Shown one piece after another: positions 51,634-64,000 of a DNA stretch of 64,000 bases. How positions within the stretch are numbered: the first letter of the stretch is position 1; every line of letters begins with the position of its first letter. Below the pieces are notes generated by a model. It did no database searches and was not told where the DNA came from. It saw nothing but the letters and a program-made list of their open reading frames with translations. The DNA is taken from NCBI RefSeq assembly GCF_001194135.2, contig NC_068998.1, positions 28,389,498 to 28,453,497 on the forward strand, in the 5' to 3' direction. Made by a program: the position numbers and the translations under genes. Origin of the DNA: Octopus bimaculoides. Lineage: Eukaryota.

Positions 51634-54600
51634 TAGACAGTTGGATTGTTATTTTGCGGACAGTTATAAGATAACCAACTCTTGTTACATTGCTTATTGC
51701 TATACGGTTATATTATTATACACACACGCACACACACACACGCACACACACACACACGCACACACACATCATATATGGTCACTGACGATATAACACTCTT
51801 CAGTGTCCTTTCGATAAAACAGCCAGCTATCGCCAGGTACCTAGGTTAGTGCACATATAAATATGATATTTATTCGGCAAATGTTGTTTATTTATTTATC
51901 TATTTATTTTGTTTATGAAATATATTGATAAACAATAACGACATTCGTTATAGCTTTGCAATAAGCCGTTTACTGATTCAGTGTATTTCATATAGCGTGA
52001 GTGATAAGAGGTGTTTGTACTCTCAGCTTTTGAAAACCTGCATCTCTTTGGCCGGGGTGTCTCTTGTAAGAATCTTTGGAAGTTTGTTTCGAATTGCAAA
52101 AGAGTTTCTGCTCCGAGTGTAGGCATGAGAGCATTGTATAATGGTGACTTTCATCCTGCATCGATTGTATTGTTCTGAGTGGCCGAGGCTTGCGTGCATT
52201 TTGTAGAAAACTGTTTTCTACAGCAAACTATCTCCTATGTTGTTATCCCTTTCTACTACAGTGAACCTAGGAGCTTTATTTCAGGCTACAGAGAGTTGGT
52301 TGAATATGTTTTGCAAGGAATCCACCCGGCACAGACAGATGCACCTCAAATTGTTTCAGATTTCTTCTTTGTAAAGAGGGATACTTTTCCTGTCTAGTTT
52401 ACTTGAAAATATTTGCAGCTCTTTTACAAGTGGAGACTTTTCTAGCAATAGCTAAGTCCGTAAATCTTTCCACTAAAATTTCGTTTATTCAATAAATATT
52501 TTTAACGAGCTTGATATTGAGTGAAACAAGTTAAGGTAAAATTTGAAGTATAAAACACTGCCAGTATGGTAAAAGTATAACAAATGTTGCCAATTGTTAT
52601 CATAATTTCAACAGAATTTTGTTCTTAATGTTGATGTTTTTCATTCTATGAAAGTAGAAAGAAATTAATTTCAATCCGTTGTAGGAAAATTGTTAAAAAG
52701 TGGTCGAAACAATCGCTGTACTACAAAATAAATTGTAAACTGGTGTATTATTCTCCAGAACAGAAGGAAAAAAAATAGTTGAAATGAACAACAATCCAGA
52801 ATATATTAATACGCAGATAAACCATTAGATGGTTAATTTTAAAAGATTTCAATATGAATCTATGAGGTAAAATAATAAACACCGACATGGAAACAAAGAG
52901 CAGCAGTAGAAATAGTTGTTTCGTAATTTGTCACTGGAATATATGATCTGGGATAAGACGAAGATCTCATGGATATAATTTTAAAATGTGACTAGGCAAT
53001 AGATAGTTCCCATTGTAGTAGCAAAGTTATAGTAGTTAAATGTATTTCTTTAACCTGTTTAATGGATGAGATTAAACACACTAGATGTTGTATTTGTTAT
53101 ATGTTAACGGTATGTGGGACAGAGAGCAACCGTCTTTGTCTGATAAATAGTTCGTGATCATAAATGATATTGCCACAGAAACGTTCAATACGTGATCAAG
53201 AATTCTAATAAAATTACAAGACTGAGTCTAGCGTATGATGTCTACTTATAAATATGTCGATGGTAAACACATGGGTAAATGTTAAGCTCATAAATAACAT
53301 AATAAGGAGAATAGCTTTTGTAGTTTATGTTCTAGAAATGAATCCTTTTGTTAGAATAAATTCCGAAGATTCATGAGAAAATGAAAACGGAATAAGCTTT
53401 ATTTCATTAGGAAAAAAAAATAGCTATTGTCGAATGTTGTAATAAAGAAGAAATCATGAAGAGAGGAATTTGTACGATTATTACAATACAAATTGTGAAA
53501 TAGACGTATTTCAAACTCAATGTTTAGCACGTTCCTCTCAGGCGTTCTTAATACTCCCAAGTAATCTAAGCCTAAACACTTCGCGAGAGAAAACCCCACC
53601 CCACAAAAAGAAGAAAACGAAGAATAAAGGTATTTGTCGTGTCAAAGTAAAGAATACGGAAGTTAAAATAAAAATATACAGAAGCTAGAAGAATATGAAA
53701 TAGTAAATTATGGCTACAAAATAATTAGATCACTAATTTCAGGGATGAGATGCAACTGGGAAAAGAAGGAATAAACAAGAAAAGCAACGCTAAGACCGGT
53801 GTTATTTGCAGAAATTAGCTTATTTAGATTGTTATAGGTGGAACATGATAGATATGAATCTGTTTATGGTAAACCATAAAACTGAACGTAAATTAACAGA
53901 AGTAAAAAAAAAAACAAGAAAAAAATTTAGCGTATTTTTCCTCGCTGCTGGGTAGGTAGCTTAACGGGAAAATGGTATGTACCTGCCTACTACTTGTACC
54001 TATTTTCATAAACATTGGAATAGCGCAAACAGATAGGTTCTGTGTGTTTCTGTTTATCTTGGCACAAAATTTAGCGAAATTTGTTTTAAAACACAGTAGA
54101 TCCGGAGCATAAGAAATATCACGAGGAACCTAAATTTTTTTTTGTTGATCCATAAAGTTATGAAACGAGTTGACTTTATAGTATAATGGTGGCGTGTGAA
54201 AAACTTATCTTCCTGTCTAGAAAAACTCATGTTGCCCTCTCTGTTTCTCTCCAGTGCCAATCATCCTGGTATTATTTAAAAATTGGCACTTGAAAAATTA
54301 ACCGAAGTATATTAAAATAGAGTTAATAAAACAACAAGCAACTTTTTTCTTGCAAATGTCTTACAATACCTGTTCAGTAACAACATAGGTTACAACATTT
54401 TGACATATTGACTGGATATTCGCGCCATTCATAATCATCATTTGAAAGCTATTTGTGTCTCAGCAATGAGTAAGTGGCAAAGGCTTCAACCATTGGATGT
54501 ACGATTCCAATCAGGTAGCACATAATTTAACAGGTTCAAATTCATAAAATGTCTTCAAAGATAAGTAACATCATTTGAATTGCCCCAATGGGTATGTCTT

Positions 54601-54736
54601 GAGTGTAATTTAGTTGCTATTTCTACCAAATCGAACGACTACGTTGCGGCATCGGAGGCATTGAGGAAATACACCAAAGAAAGTTAAGCATAAGGTGGTT
54701 CTCTGTAAATCCGGAAAATGAAAGAAATGCCAGCGT

Positions 54737-54837
<101 letters not shown>

Positions 54838-56497
54838 TTGAAAGAGGGACAGAAAGAGAAGATTCTCTCGGATCAATGTTTCATTTTAAAGGATATGTCT
54901 TCGTATCAGAACTAAATACATGAATGATATGATGTGAACAAAAAAGTTTGTAAGTTTCTATGCTTTTAATAAGTGACAGAAAACGTCGACTGTACCATGT
55001 TCAGTTGATAACACATAATAAGCAATTGTTCTAAAATGTCATCGAGATTATTACCTTCCTATGAGATATGATTTTATTACGTAAATAATACAGAATGCTA
55101 TTTGTAAGAAACACTGCCCGGGTATAAAGTGTGAACACTTGAACCAACAGGAATATACATGCAACACCTTTCAAAACAAAAATACACGAGGCGAATGTGT
55201 CAATCAAAACTTCTATGAAATAAAATACAAATGAGCCAATTTAGATTTATGATGTAGAAAAGTACTTGTGGTAGTCAGCTGACTTACAATGTGCTCATTT
55301 TATCCAAAGTCAGCGAAAAAGATTACATTTATGGACACTTGACTCAGAATCTTCGGCTTATACATTCTACGCCTGGGTTCACATTTGTACCATTAACAAC
55401 AAGCCTGCTTATATTACTGAATGTTCAACAGCAAAATGTTGATTGTAAACAGGCAGTGCTAATTCTGAAAATTACGTTTGCAAGAAACAGAAATAAAAGA
55501 AGTTTTCTAGAGTTCTGTTGGTTGTTGATTCAGAATAATTGTTACTTTTCTTAGAGACAAGCTTCTTTATTAAAGAAGGTTACCAAATATTGAAATGAAA
55601 TGAAGAGTTCATACATAAGCATAGTGTCTGTCAAGCTAGTTGTTAACATAGGGACTATTCCTTACAAAGGAATGAATACTATTTTATATAATACAGTTCT
55701 ATATTTGAGAGATGAGGAATTATGTACATTATTTATATTTGACGGATATTTGTCCTCATCTTGTTTGTTGTTAACACAACTTTTCGGCTGATATACCCTC
55801 CAGCCTTCATCAGGTGTCTTGGGGGAAATTTCGAACCTGGGTTCTCATTCCTAAGGTATTTTTTCGATATATTATTATTATTATTCAAGTCACTGCCTGG
55901 AATGGAACTCGGAATCTTGGGGTTAGTAGCCCACGCTCTTAATCACTGCGCCATATAACTTTGTAATTTCAATCAACTTAGCTAAGTGTCTAGATAATAT
56001 GCTAAGATATGCCTCAGACAAAATAGAAATACTTAACATAGATGAAACATATGTGCTTTATGTGGTAGAAAGCGAATGTCAGTTTTTGAAACAAAGTATT
56101 AGAGCGCGTTCCCAATGAGTAATGTTTTAAGAAAAAAAGGGGCGGGTATACACTGCTTTGCGTTCTAAGTGTAAATACGAATATAGATATTGCCTAAAAT
56201 CTAACTAAAGGACATTGGAATTTCGTTACTGACCTGTCTAGCTCTGTTACAAAGGAAACCTTATACAAATATTGATTATTTTATGTAGGGAAGAGATGTA
56301 GTCCAGTGCGTGCAAAGTGATCCAATAACATAAAAATTCGTTGTGCAGGATCACAGACAATTTTTCTGATATCTAAGGCAATGGTACATCTTTTGACGAA
56401 TGTTCAGGTAAATGTTACATGTTCAGGATAGAATGGCTAAGAAACTGTTAAATTCAGATTTGGTCGAATTATCTACTTGAAATAAGATGTTTGCACT

Positions 56498-56607
<110 letters not shown>

Positions 56608-58450
56608 TGCACGCACGCACGCACGCACGCATGCACATACACGCTTGTATTTTCCTGTGCATGTAATACTTTCTAATCATTTTCATGTTTCTACAAAGGA
56701 ACAAATGTGTGCAATATATGCGCGAGGATCGGCTCCGGTGCGTATTCATTTGCACGGATTAAAACGAGTCCACACGTGTCGTTTACGTGTTCATGTCATC
56801 AAAAGCAGAACTTAAGGAAGAGTTAGTTATTAGTCCGTTCTCTTTTGTTTTCTATACCTCGTTGTCAATGAAGTTTGTTAGAATCAATCACGGCGTGAAA
56901 CACGTTTTTAAGAATTGTTCCCCGAATCCAGCGAATGGATTATGATTTTCAGTATTGCCGTTGATGTTGTTTCTCAGATAACCATATTTTTTTTAACTGA
57001 ATTGAGATCCAGCGATTGGGAAGGTTATATAGAACCTCACTTAGCAAAGCATCACTCTTTAAAAATCTCAACCACAAGAATATTACGAAACTCCAACGTT
57101 TTTGTCTATAATTTTCAGAAACAAATCGACCTAAAATTATCATTAATTCACTAATACGTTCACTATGAAGTGGTACGTAGTAAATCCTTTATAATACTCC
57201 CAAGAATGTACCACTGATCTTGTCATAGTAGGCCGGTTATGATGTCATCTAAAGCATTACACAGATACTATTAAGAATTCGAAAGTCATCTGACAAAATG
57301 ACTTGCTGCCACTACTGAACGTTCTTGTATTTTCGTGCATACACCTATGTTCTTTTATTGGTTTTATTCATTGGACACAGCTTTGCTGCAGCACCACCTT
57401 CAAAGGTTCATTAGATCGTATCGACGCCTTTATCTTATTCTATACGTTGAAACGCAGTGTTACGGCACCACGGTCGTTGATCGGTCTAAACATACATACG
57501 GCACAACACATGCACACACATACAACACACTCACATACAGTCATATACAAGCATATATGATGTGTTTCTGTATAGTTTCCATCTACCAAACTTAATTTTC
57601 AAAGCATTGGTGGACCAGAGGTTATAATAGAAATTTACCTAATATACCCCGTGGTTGTACACACAATCATGCGGTTGCAAAGTTAATATCTCAAGCATAT
57701 GGCTTGCTAAGATATTTTTTCTTAACTTCAGAAATTGCACAAGGTTCCTCGCAAAGTCATTGACTCGTCAAATTTCAACTAAGTGACAACGAAAAGTGAC
57801 ATTTGATAAGGATGTCCCAAATTCTTCTCGACACTGCAAACTACAATTCGAAATTGTGCTTCAGAGTGTTTCAACTAAAATCATTCATAGGTCTTTCATG
57901 TCTTGCATTCATCAAAAATCTTCTCCCCAATCTAAGCTTATTTATAACAGTTCTTTATACACAGTTTTTTTTTTGTGGAAATTCTCGTGTCTTTTCTTCC
58001 ATTAATAGCACAGCATGATGTTTAGTAATTCAAAACTATGCTTTCTTAGTACAGTGTTACTATGGCTGGTCTAACATAAATGTTACTGTAGTTTAGTAAA
58101 CTGAAATTTAGTATCAAAACTATTGATTTAATAAAATGATGCTTTTAGAAAATTGCAAAATCACCATTAAGCATATAACAGAAGTAAGTAGAAAACTAAA
58201 AACAAAAATGAAAAGTCCAAGAAGAATGTGAATGCTTTTATTTCATTCATTTTAACATGTTGACATTTTATTTCTTTTACTATATATGCAGATTTGATCT
58301 TTGATATAATGGCTGCATGAAGATAGGACTGGAACAATATTGGGTTGCTACTTTAATTTATTGACCCAAAAGGATCAAAGACAAAGCTGACCTTCAAAGG
58401 AATTGAACTTAGAAAAGCGCGCGCGTCTTTCTGTATACACACACACACAC

Positions 58451-58498
<48 letters not shown>

Positions 58499-58849
58499 GT
58501 ACATATATATACATACATATAAATACACACACATATATACATGTGTGTGTATACATATGTATATGTATTTATAAGTAGACATCTGTATGTATATACACAT
58601 ACGTATGTATGTGTNNNNNNNNNNNNNNNNNNNNNNNNNNNNNNNNNNNNNNNNNNNNNNNNNNNNNNNNNNNNNNNNNNNNNNNNNNNNNNNNNNNNNN
58701 NNNNNNNNNNNNNNNNNNNNNNNNNNNNNNNNNNNNNNNNNNNNNNNNNNNNNNNNNNNNNNNNNNNNNNNNNNNNNNNNNNNNNNNNNNNNNNNNNNNN
58801 NNNNNNNNNNNNNNNNNNNNNNNNNNNNNNNNNNNNNNNNNNNNNNNNN

Positions 58850-59800
58850 AAACAATTTAAAGAAGAGGGAAAGATTGATAGAAAAGTACACAAGACTCGC
58901 AGTGATTCCAAGTGCAATCAAAAATTTCTTGCTGGACTCAAATGCTCGATTGAAGCCAACCCATCTACATCCACGACAACTCTTGCTCAGAAACGTAATG
59001 TGTCCCTTTCCACGGTGTCCGGAGCTGTGAACATTAACATTGGCATGACTAGCTATGTTCGACGACGCCGTCACCTCCTAACAGCCAAAACAATCAGAGC
59101 CGAGAGATACCCAAAACTTCTCTCATTCATCAAACATCAAGGCGCAGGAAAAACTCTCGTGTTTGTGGACGAGAAGTTCACCGTGGACGAGGTGAATCGC
59201 AAAAATTCTCGAGTGATTGCATACAACAGTCCTGACATCTCCACTGAGTTTGAGACTAAGAATCCTGCCTCTGTGATGGTATCTGGAGCCGTGACGAGAG
59301 ATGGAGGTGTCATGGATCTACACTTCATTGAGTCTGGCTTGAAGATCGGCACAGAGGAATACCTGGACGTCCTGAAGAACTCTCTGTTACCTTCGATGGA
59401 GCAAAAGTTTGGGCTTGACAATGTAGTGTTTTATCCAGGATCCTGCACCATGTCATGGGTCAAAAGCAACACAGTTGAGGAGGTGCCATTTTTTGTGAGG
59501 GTCAACATCTAGCCCAATAATAGCTCAGATCTCACTCTTCTCAATTACATATTATGGAGCGTATTTCAAGCAAGGACCAATGTTTTACCACATTCGAGTG
59601 TCAACAGTTTGAAGACTTGAATCGTGCGTGCGACACGCATAATCAAAAAGGCGGAGATTGTGAGAGCTTCAAAAAATTTCGTTCTCGTGTGGAGGCGGTA
59701 ATTGCCCAAAAGGACGGTGCCATATTGAGTGATAAATGTTTTTGTTGTAATAAATGTTATATTAAGATTATATCTGTCTACTAACATTATTTTAGTATTT
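58850..59800 (+). mobile_element. Second Tc1/mariner (maT-like) transposase remnant
   Basis: HTH region ANPSTSTTTLAQKRNVSLSTVS, then LVFVDEKFTVD, NPASVMVSGAV, a frameshifted QDSAP-like motif, and a decayed PxNSxDL motif. The 5' end is lost in an N gap. Confidence 0.85.
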
Positions 59801-59831
59801 ATAACCAGTTTTATGCATCATAAAAATTGTC

Positions 59832-59875
59832 TCGGTGTCAAGCGATGGTGGGGTGAGACAAACGCAGACACACAA

Positions 59876-59924
<49 letters not shown>

Positions 59925-60089
59925 GGACGGGCTTCTTTCAGTTTCTGTCTACCAAAACCACTTACAAGTCTTTGGTCATCCCGAGGCTATAGTAGAAGAC
60001 ACTTGTCCAAAGTGCCACGCAGTGGCACTGAAGCCGGAACCATGTAGTTGGGAAGTAAGCTTCTTACTACACAACCACACTTGCACCTA
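59832..60089 (-). mobile_element. Family B SINE, partial
   Basis: Reverse complement of the family B head, CORE-like segment and internal CA tract. Confidence 0.85.
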
Positions 60090-60129
60090 TGTATATATGT
60101 GTGTATATATACACACATCATCTATCTCA

Positions 60130-60360
60130 TCTAGGTCGTCCCATAGGAAGCCCCAAGACTGTTTCCACATGTTTTCCCCATTCATCTCGATCTTCCACAA
60201 TGGTCCTCAGCATGTACCCCTTCCATACCAGTATCTTCTAGCAAGTTGTCGATATAGGTCGTATTCTTCTTTCCTCTCTTGGTTCTTCCTTCTGTTGGTT
60301 GCCAGAGCACTAGCTTGTTAGCAATTTTATCGGTCTGTCTGATGCAGTGTTCAGCTAGCC
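60130..60360 (-). mobile_element. LINE ORF2 C-terminal fragment
   Basis: HCIRQTDKIANKLVLWQPTEGRTKRGKKNTTYIDNLLEDTG is typical of the RT C-terminus of RTE-like LINEs. Confidence 0.55.
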
Positions 60361-62765
60361 CCATCTCTCTCTCTCTCTGTGTATATACATATATATATNN
60401 NNNNNNNNNNNNNNNNNNNNNNNNNNNNNNNNNNNNNNNNNNNNNNNNNNNNNNNNNNNNNNNNNNNNNNNNNNNNNNNNNNNNNNNNNNNNNNNNNNNN
60501 NNNNNNNNNNNNNNNNNNNNNNNNNNNNNNNNNNNNNNNNNNNNNNNNNNNNNNNNNNNNNNNNNNNNNNNNNNNNNNNNNNNNNNNNNNNNNNNNNNNN
60601 NNNNNNNNNAAGGAAAAAGATATAGACATATTCTTGCAGTTTTTTCTGAGATATTATGGATATGTCTTCATCAGAGACGATGTGAGATGGGTAAGTAGAT
60701 ATTTGATTTCGAAATAAGGAATTATTATGGAAAAGAAGAGAGAGATAGGGAATATAGAGGGAAATAAGAGAATGAAAGTAGAAATAAAAATATAAAATAT
60801 ATAAAGATATTGCTGTTGCAGTTCCATTATTCGAGGAAATGGTGTATAGAAGTGGTAAAAAAGTTTTCTGTACATGGTATGTAAGTTCCAATAGTAGTTC
60901 ATGTTTAGTCATTTCAAAGTATGGAGCCGTGAATTCTGTGTTGCTCATTCGAAAGGTGTGAATGAAAATTTGAGAATGTATTGGTAGTATTTGTGGTTAG
61001 ATGGGGTAGGGGAGAGAGATGTGTATGCTTAGAATGAAGAGATAGGTCAAAATGAGAACAGGAAGAGAAAATGAGAGGAAGAAAAAGAGAAAAAATGAAA
61101 AGAGTGAATAAAAAGTGAAGAAAGAGTGAAAGAAATGAGAAAAGGAGTGTTAGTTGGTGGTCAAGATAAAGTGAGGGGAGAATGGGAGAGGAGTGGGGGA
61201 GGGATAGGAAGAGTTGAGAAGGTAAAGAGAATAAATGTGAGATGTGTGAGTAGGGGGTGATATGATAGAGCTGCATTAAGGGATGGGTAGAGAAAAGGTA
61301 TGGGTGGGGTGATACCAAAGTGAGTAGTAATTTTAGTAGTAAATTTTAAAGTGGAGGGAAGAATACAAGGATATCAAATTTTTATAAATAGACGTATGTG
61401 ATTGTATAGGTTAGAGTGATAGGTAGGAATCAGAGAGGAGGAAAGAAGGTATAATGACATACGTACGCGCGCACATACGTACATATACATGTGCGCATAT
61501 TCATATATAGACATACACACACACATATATACATATATATACACATGCATATACATATACATACATATATATATACATACATGCTCACGCGCATCCGTAA
61601 ATGTATTCATACACGCGTATGCATGGGCATACATATACACATACATGCACACGCACATACCTACGTGCAGGCACACAGGCGTATGTAAACGCAAACACTG
61701 GCGCATATACGTATATATGTATCTAATTGATGAATTAGAATTACAAACTGATTGTAACTTCGAAGATTTGCCGGTAATGAAACTCACATATAATATTTAT
61801 GTTAGTCACAGAAATATTAAACTTAGAATATTTCTTTGTTCAAGAAATTAGTGAAGTGCTCAACGAACTTCAGTTCAATAACATATATACTTGCAAAAAT
61901 ATAGAAAAGGTATATTTGTTTCAAATACACTATGAATTTCTATTCATATGATAATTTAATTCCATTATACATTCATTATAGAATATTCTTATCATGATCT
62001 ATACACTAATATTTTTTCTTATATATTAAAATATCTCATTATTAGGTTTTAAATTTAATTTCTATCCTTCTATATATTGGTTTAAATTTTTTCACTTTAA
62101 TATTATAAATTTGCTAAGTTATATTTTACTTCCTCCCTTATCACTCAATTCTAAATTCCACCCCTAAAGTTTATATTATTTATCCCTTCGGTTTTTCATT
62201 ATATTCCCCTTTAATTTGATAATCAAAATAAGTATTGGGCATCCCTATCCTTATTTCTTCCAATTATCACCCCTTCTCCATCAGGCATTCCCTTACTACT
62301 AACCCTACACCCTTCTTTTTGTGTAGGTAAAGCTAGATATGTGATTCCAGTACATTGAGAGTCAAGTAGATTGTTTGATATTAATTGATTTGCCACCATT
62401 AACTAGAATACAGTTGACAACTCCCAATGGATTTGATTCTAAATGGTCGAAGACTACATTCTACATAAAGTCTTCTAAATGGAAGTCACTAGGTCACCAT
62501 TCTTTTCCCTCTGCTACTCTCCAAATTATAGTAGACTTAACAAGGCATGCATTATTTTCTAAATCCATTCTGCCCCAGATATGACCGTTCCATTATCGAT
62601 GTGAATATGTTAAGGAAATGGTTGTATCCCCTATGTTTGAAGTCTATGCGGTCATCTGACGAGAACGGTTTCTTCACAAATAATGTAATGTTTTCATTAA
62701 TCAATTAAAGGAGTCGCTTGAGACGGCTGTAATGAATTGACACTTGTACATCTTTGTTACTCATT

Positions 62766-62806
<41 letters not shown>

Positions 62807-62870
62807 GTATGTATGTATGCATGTATGTATTTATATATACACGCGCGCACGCACACACACACATTCATAT

Positions 62871-63690
62871 ATAATTAGCATAAAGCCATTAATTAATGGT
62901 TCATCAGTGCCTAGCATAGAAAAAACCGTATAGGTTAAATTAATATTTTAAGTATAATTATAAATATACAATAATAAATAAGGGCACCGGAGGGACAGCA
63001 TCTGTACGCTTGAAATAGACGTCAAACAACTAAAAACCATTCAAGTTAATACTCCGTTTATCACAAAACTGTATGCGAGGAAAATGAAAAAAAAAAATGG
63101 GATTTATAAAAATATTGTGGACAACCCCACATCTTAAGATTTTATGTTTTGTAATATTAAAAATTGCTTTACAATAATCAGTGGGATACAATGACCGTAA
63201 ATAAATGAGAAATACATATACATACCCATAGGGATACACTCGTACAAATATGAATATATACATATATTTCACATATATATGCGAAGTAACAACCCATCGT
63301 CCATTTCAGCCATGTGGGTATTTGCTCAGTATAATATCACAGTAAATATGTTTGTGGAGTGAATAAATGTATATTTATTCATAATTAGGATAAAGTCATT
63401 AATTAATGATTTATCAGTGCCCAGCGTAAAAAGAAAAAACGTATAGGTTAAATTAATATTTATAGTATAATTATAAATAATGGCGCTGGAGGGAAAGCGC
63501 TTGTCAAACGACTACAACCCACTTAAATTAACACTCCGTTTATCACAAGGCTGTATGCAAAGAAAATGGACAAAAAAGGATTTATAAAAATATTGTGGAC
63601 AACCCTATATCTTCACGGAATGTTACCTTAAGTGTTTGTAGTTGTTTGACGTCTATTTCAAGCGTACAGGCATTGTCGCTCCACCAGCTA
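62871..63690. repeat. Complex direct plus inverted repeat block
   Basis: Direct copies at 62871-63135 and 63381-63613. Perfect 30-bp inverted pair at 63002-63031 and 63640-63669. Confidence 0.85.
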
Positions 63691-64000
63691 AACCCGGTTT
63701 CACCCGGTCACAGAACGACGCGAAGAGAGAAACGAAGACATAAAAAAGAGGAAGAAGTGGATACGAAGTGGTGTTTGGGCGACGGATCTTGGTAGAAAAA
63801 AAAGAATGTCATGGTGAGTTAGTAAGGAGAGCAAAGCAAGACTGGACTTACGTGGGCTGGCAGGACGATGAAAAAATTGCGGAGTTGAAATTGGAGCAGT
63901 TGAAGTTGCCGTTGTTATCATTGGAGTGCCTCTTGGTAGACAACATTCTTCGTCCTTCCCTTGGGTGCACAAATAGAAAGACCATGGGGACAGCCAACGT

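Noticed and set aside
56349-56407. Possible small exon (AG..CAG|GTAAAT)
   Set aside because: The acceptor is weak, and the only open frame is incompatible with the phase-2 donor at 31758.
62880-62910. Minus-strand CTGATGA followed by a palindromic stem
   Set aside because: It is followed by TTTA rather than GAAA, and the sister copy has CTGATAA; this is better explained as a DNA dyad.

Overview
Repeat-dominated eukaryotic DNA, AT-rich and dense in microsatellites, with seven N gaps. The tRNA-headed SINE families and microsatellite style look like an octopus/cephalopod assembly (inference, not a database match). There is no intact multi-exon gene and no prokaryotic feature. Almost every long ORF in the track is microsatellite or N-gap noise. 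The recognisable content is decayed mobile DNA: RTE-clade LINEs, including a near full-length copy inserted into a DD37D (maT) transposon with an 11-bp TSD; Penelope-like elements (PLEs); two Helitron helicase remnants; hAT, Charlie and mariner remnants; two long-TIR MITEs; and three SINE families. One credible host-gene exon lies at 31583-31758 (+), encoding an RRHTL motif and ending in a GTGAGT donor. The most unusual signal is a set of minimal type I hammerhead-ribozyme motifs. One at 49096-49138 caps a 139-nt rod-like hairpin. One belongs to a ~400-nt head-to-tail unit at 35953-36998 that resembles a retrozyme or PLE terminal repeat. Two are degenerate (34534-34561 and 55773-55818). Each genomic copy has at least one non-consensus position, so activity is unproven.
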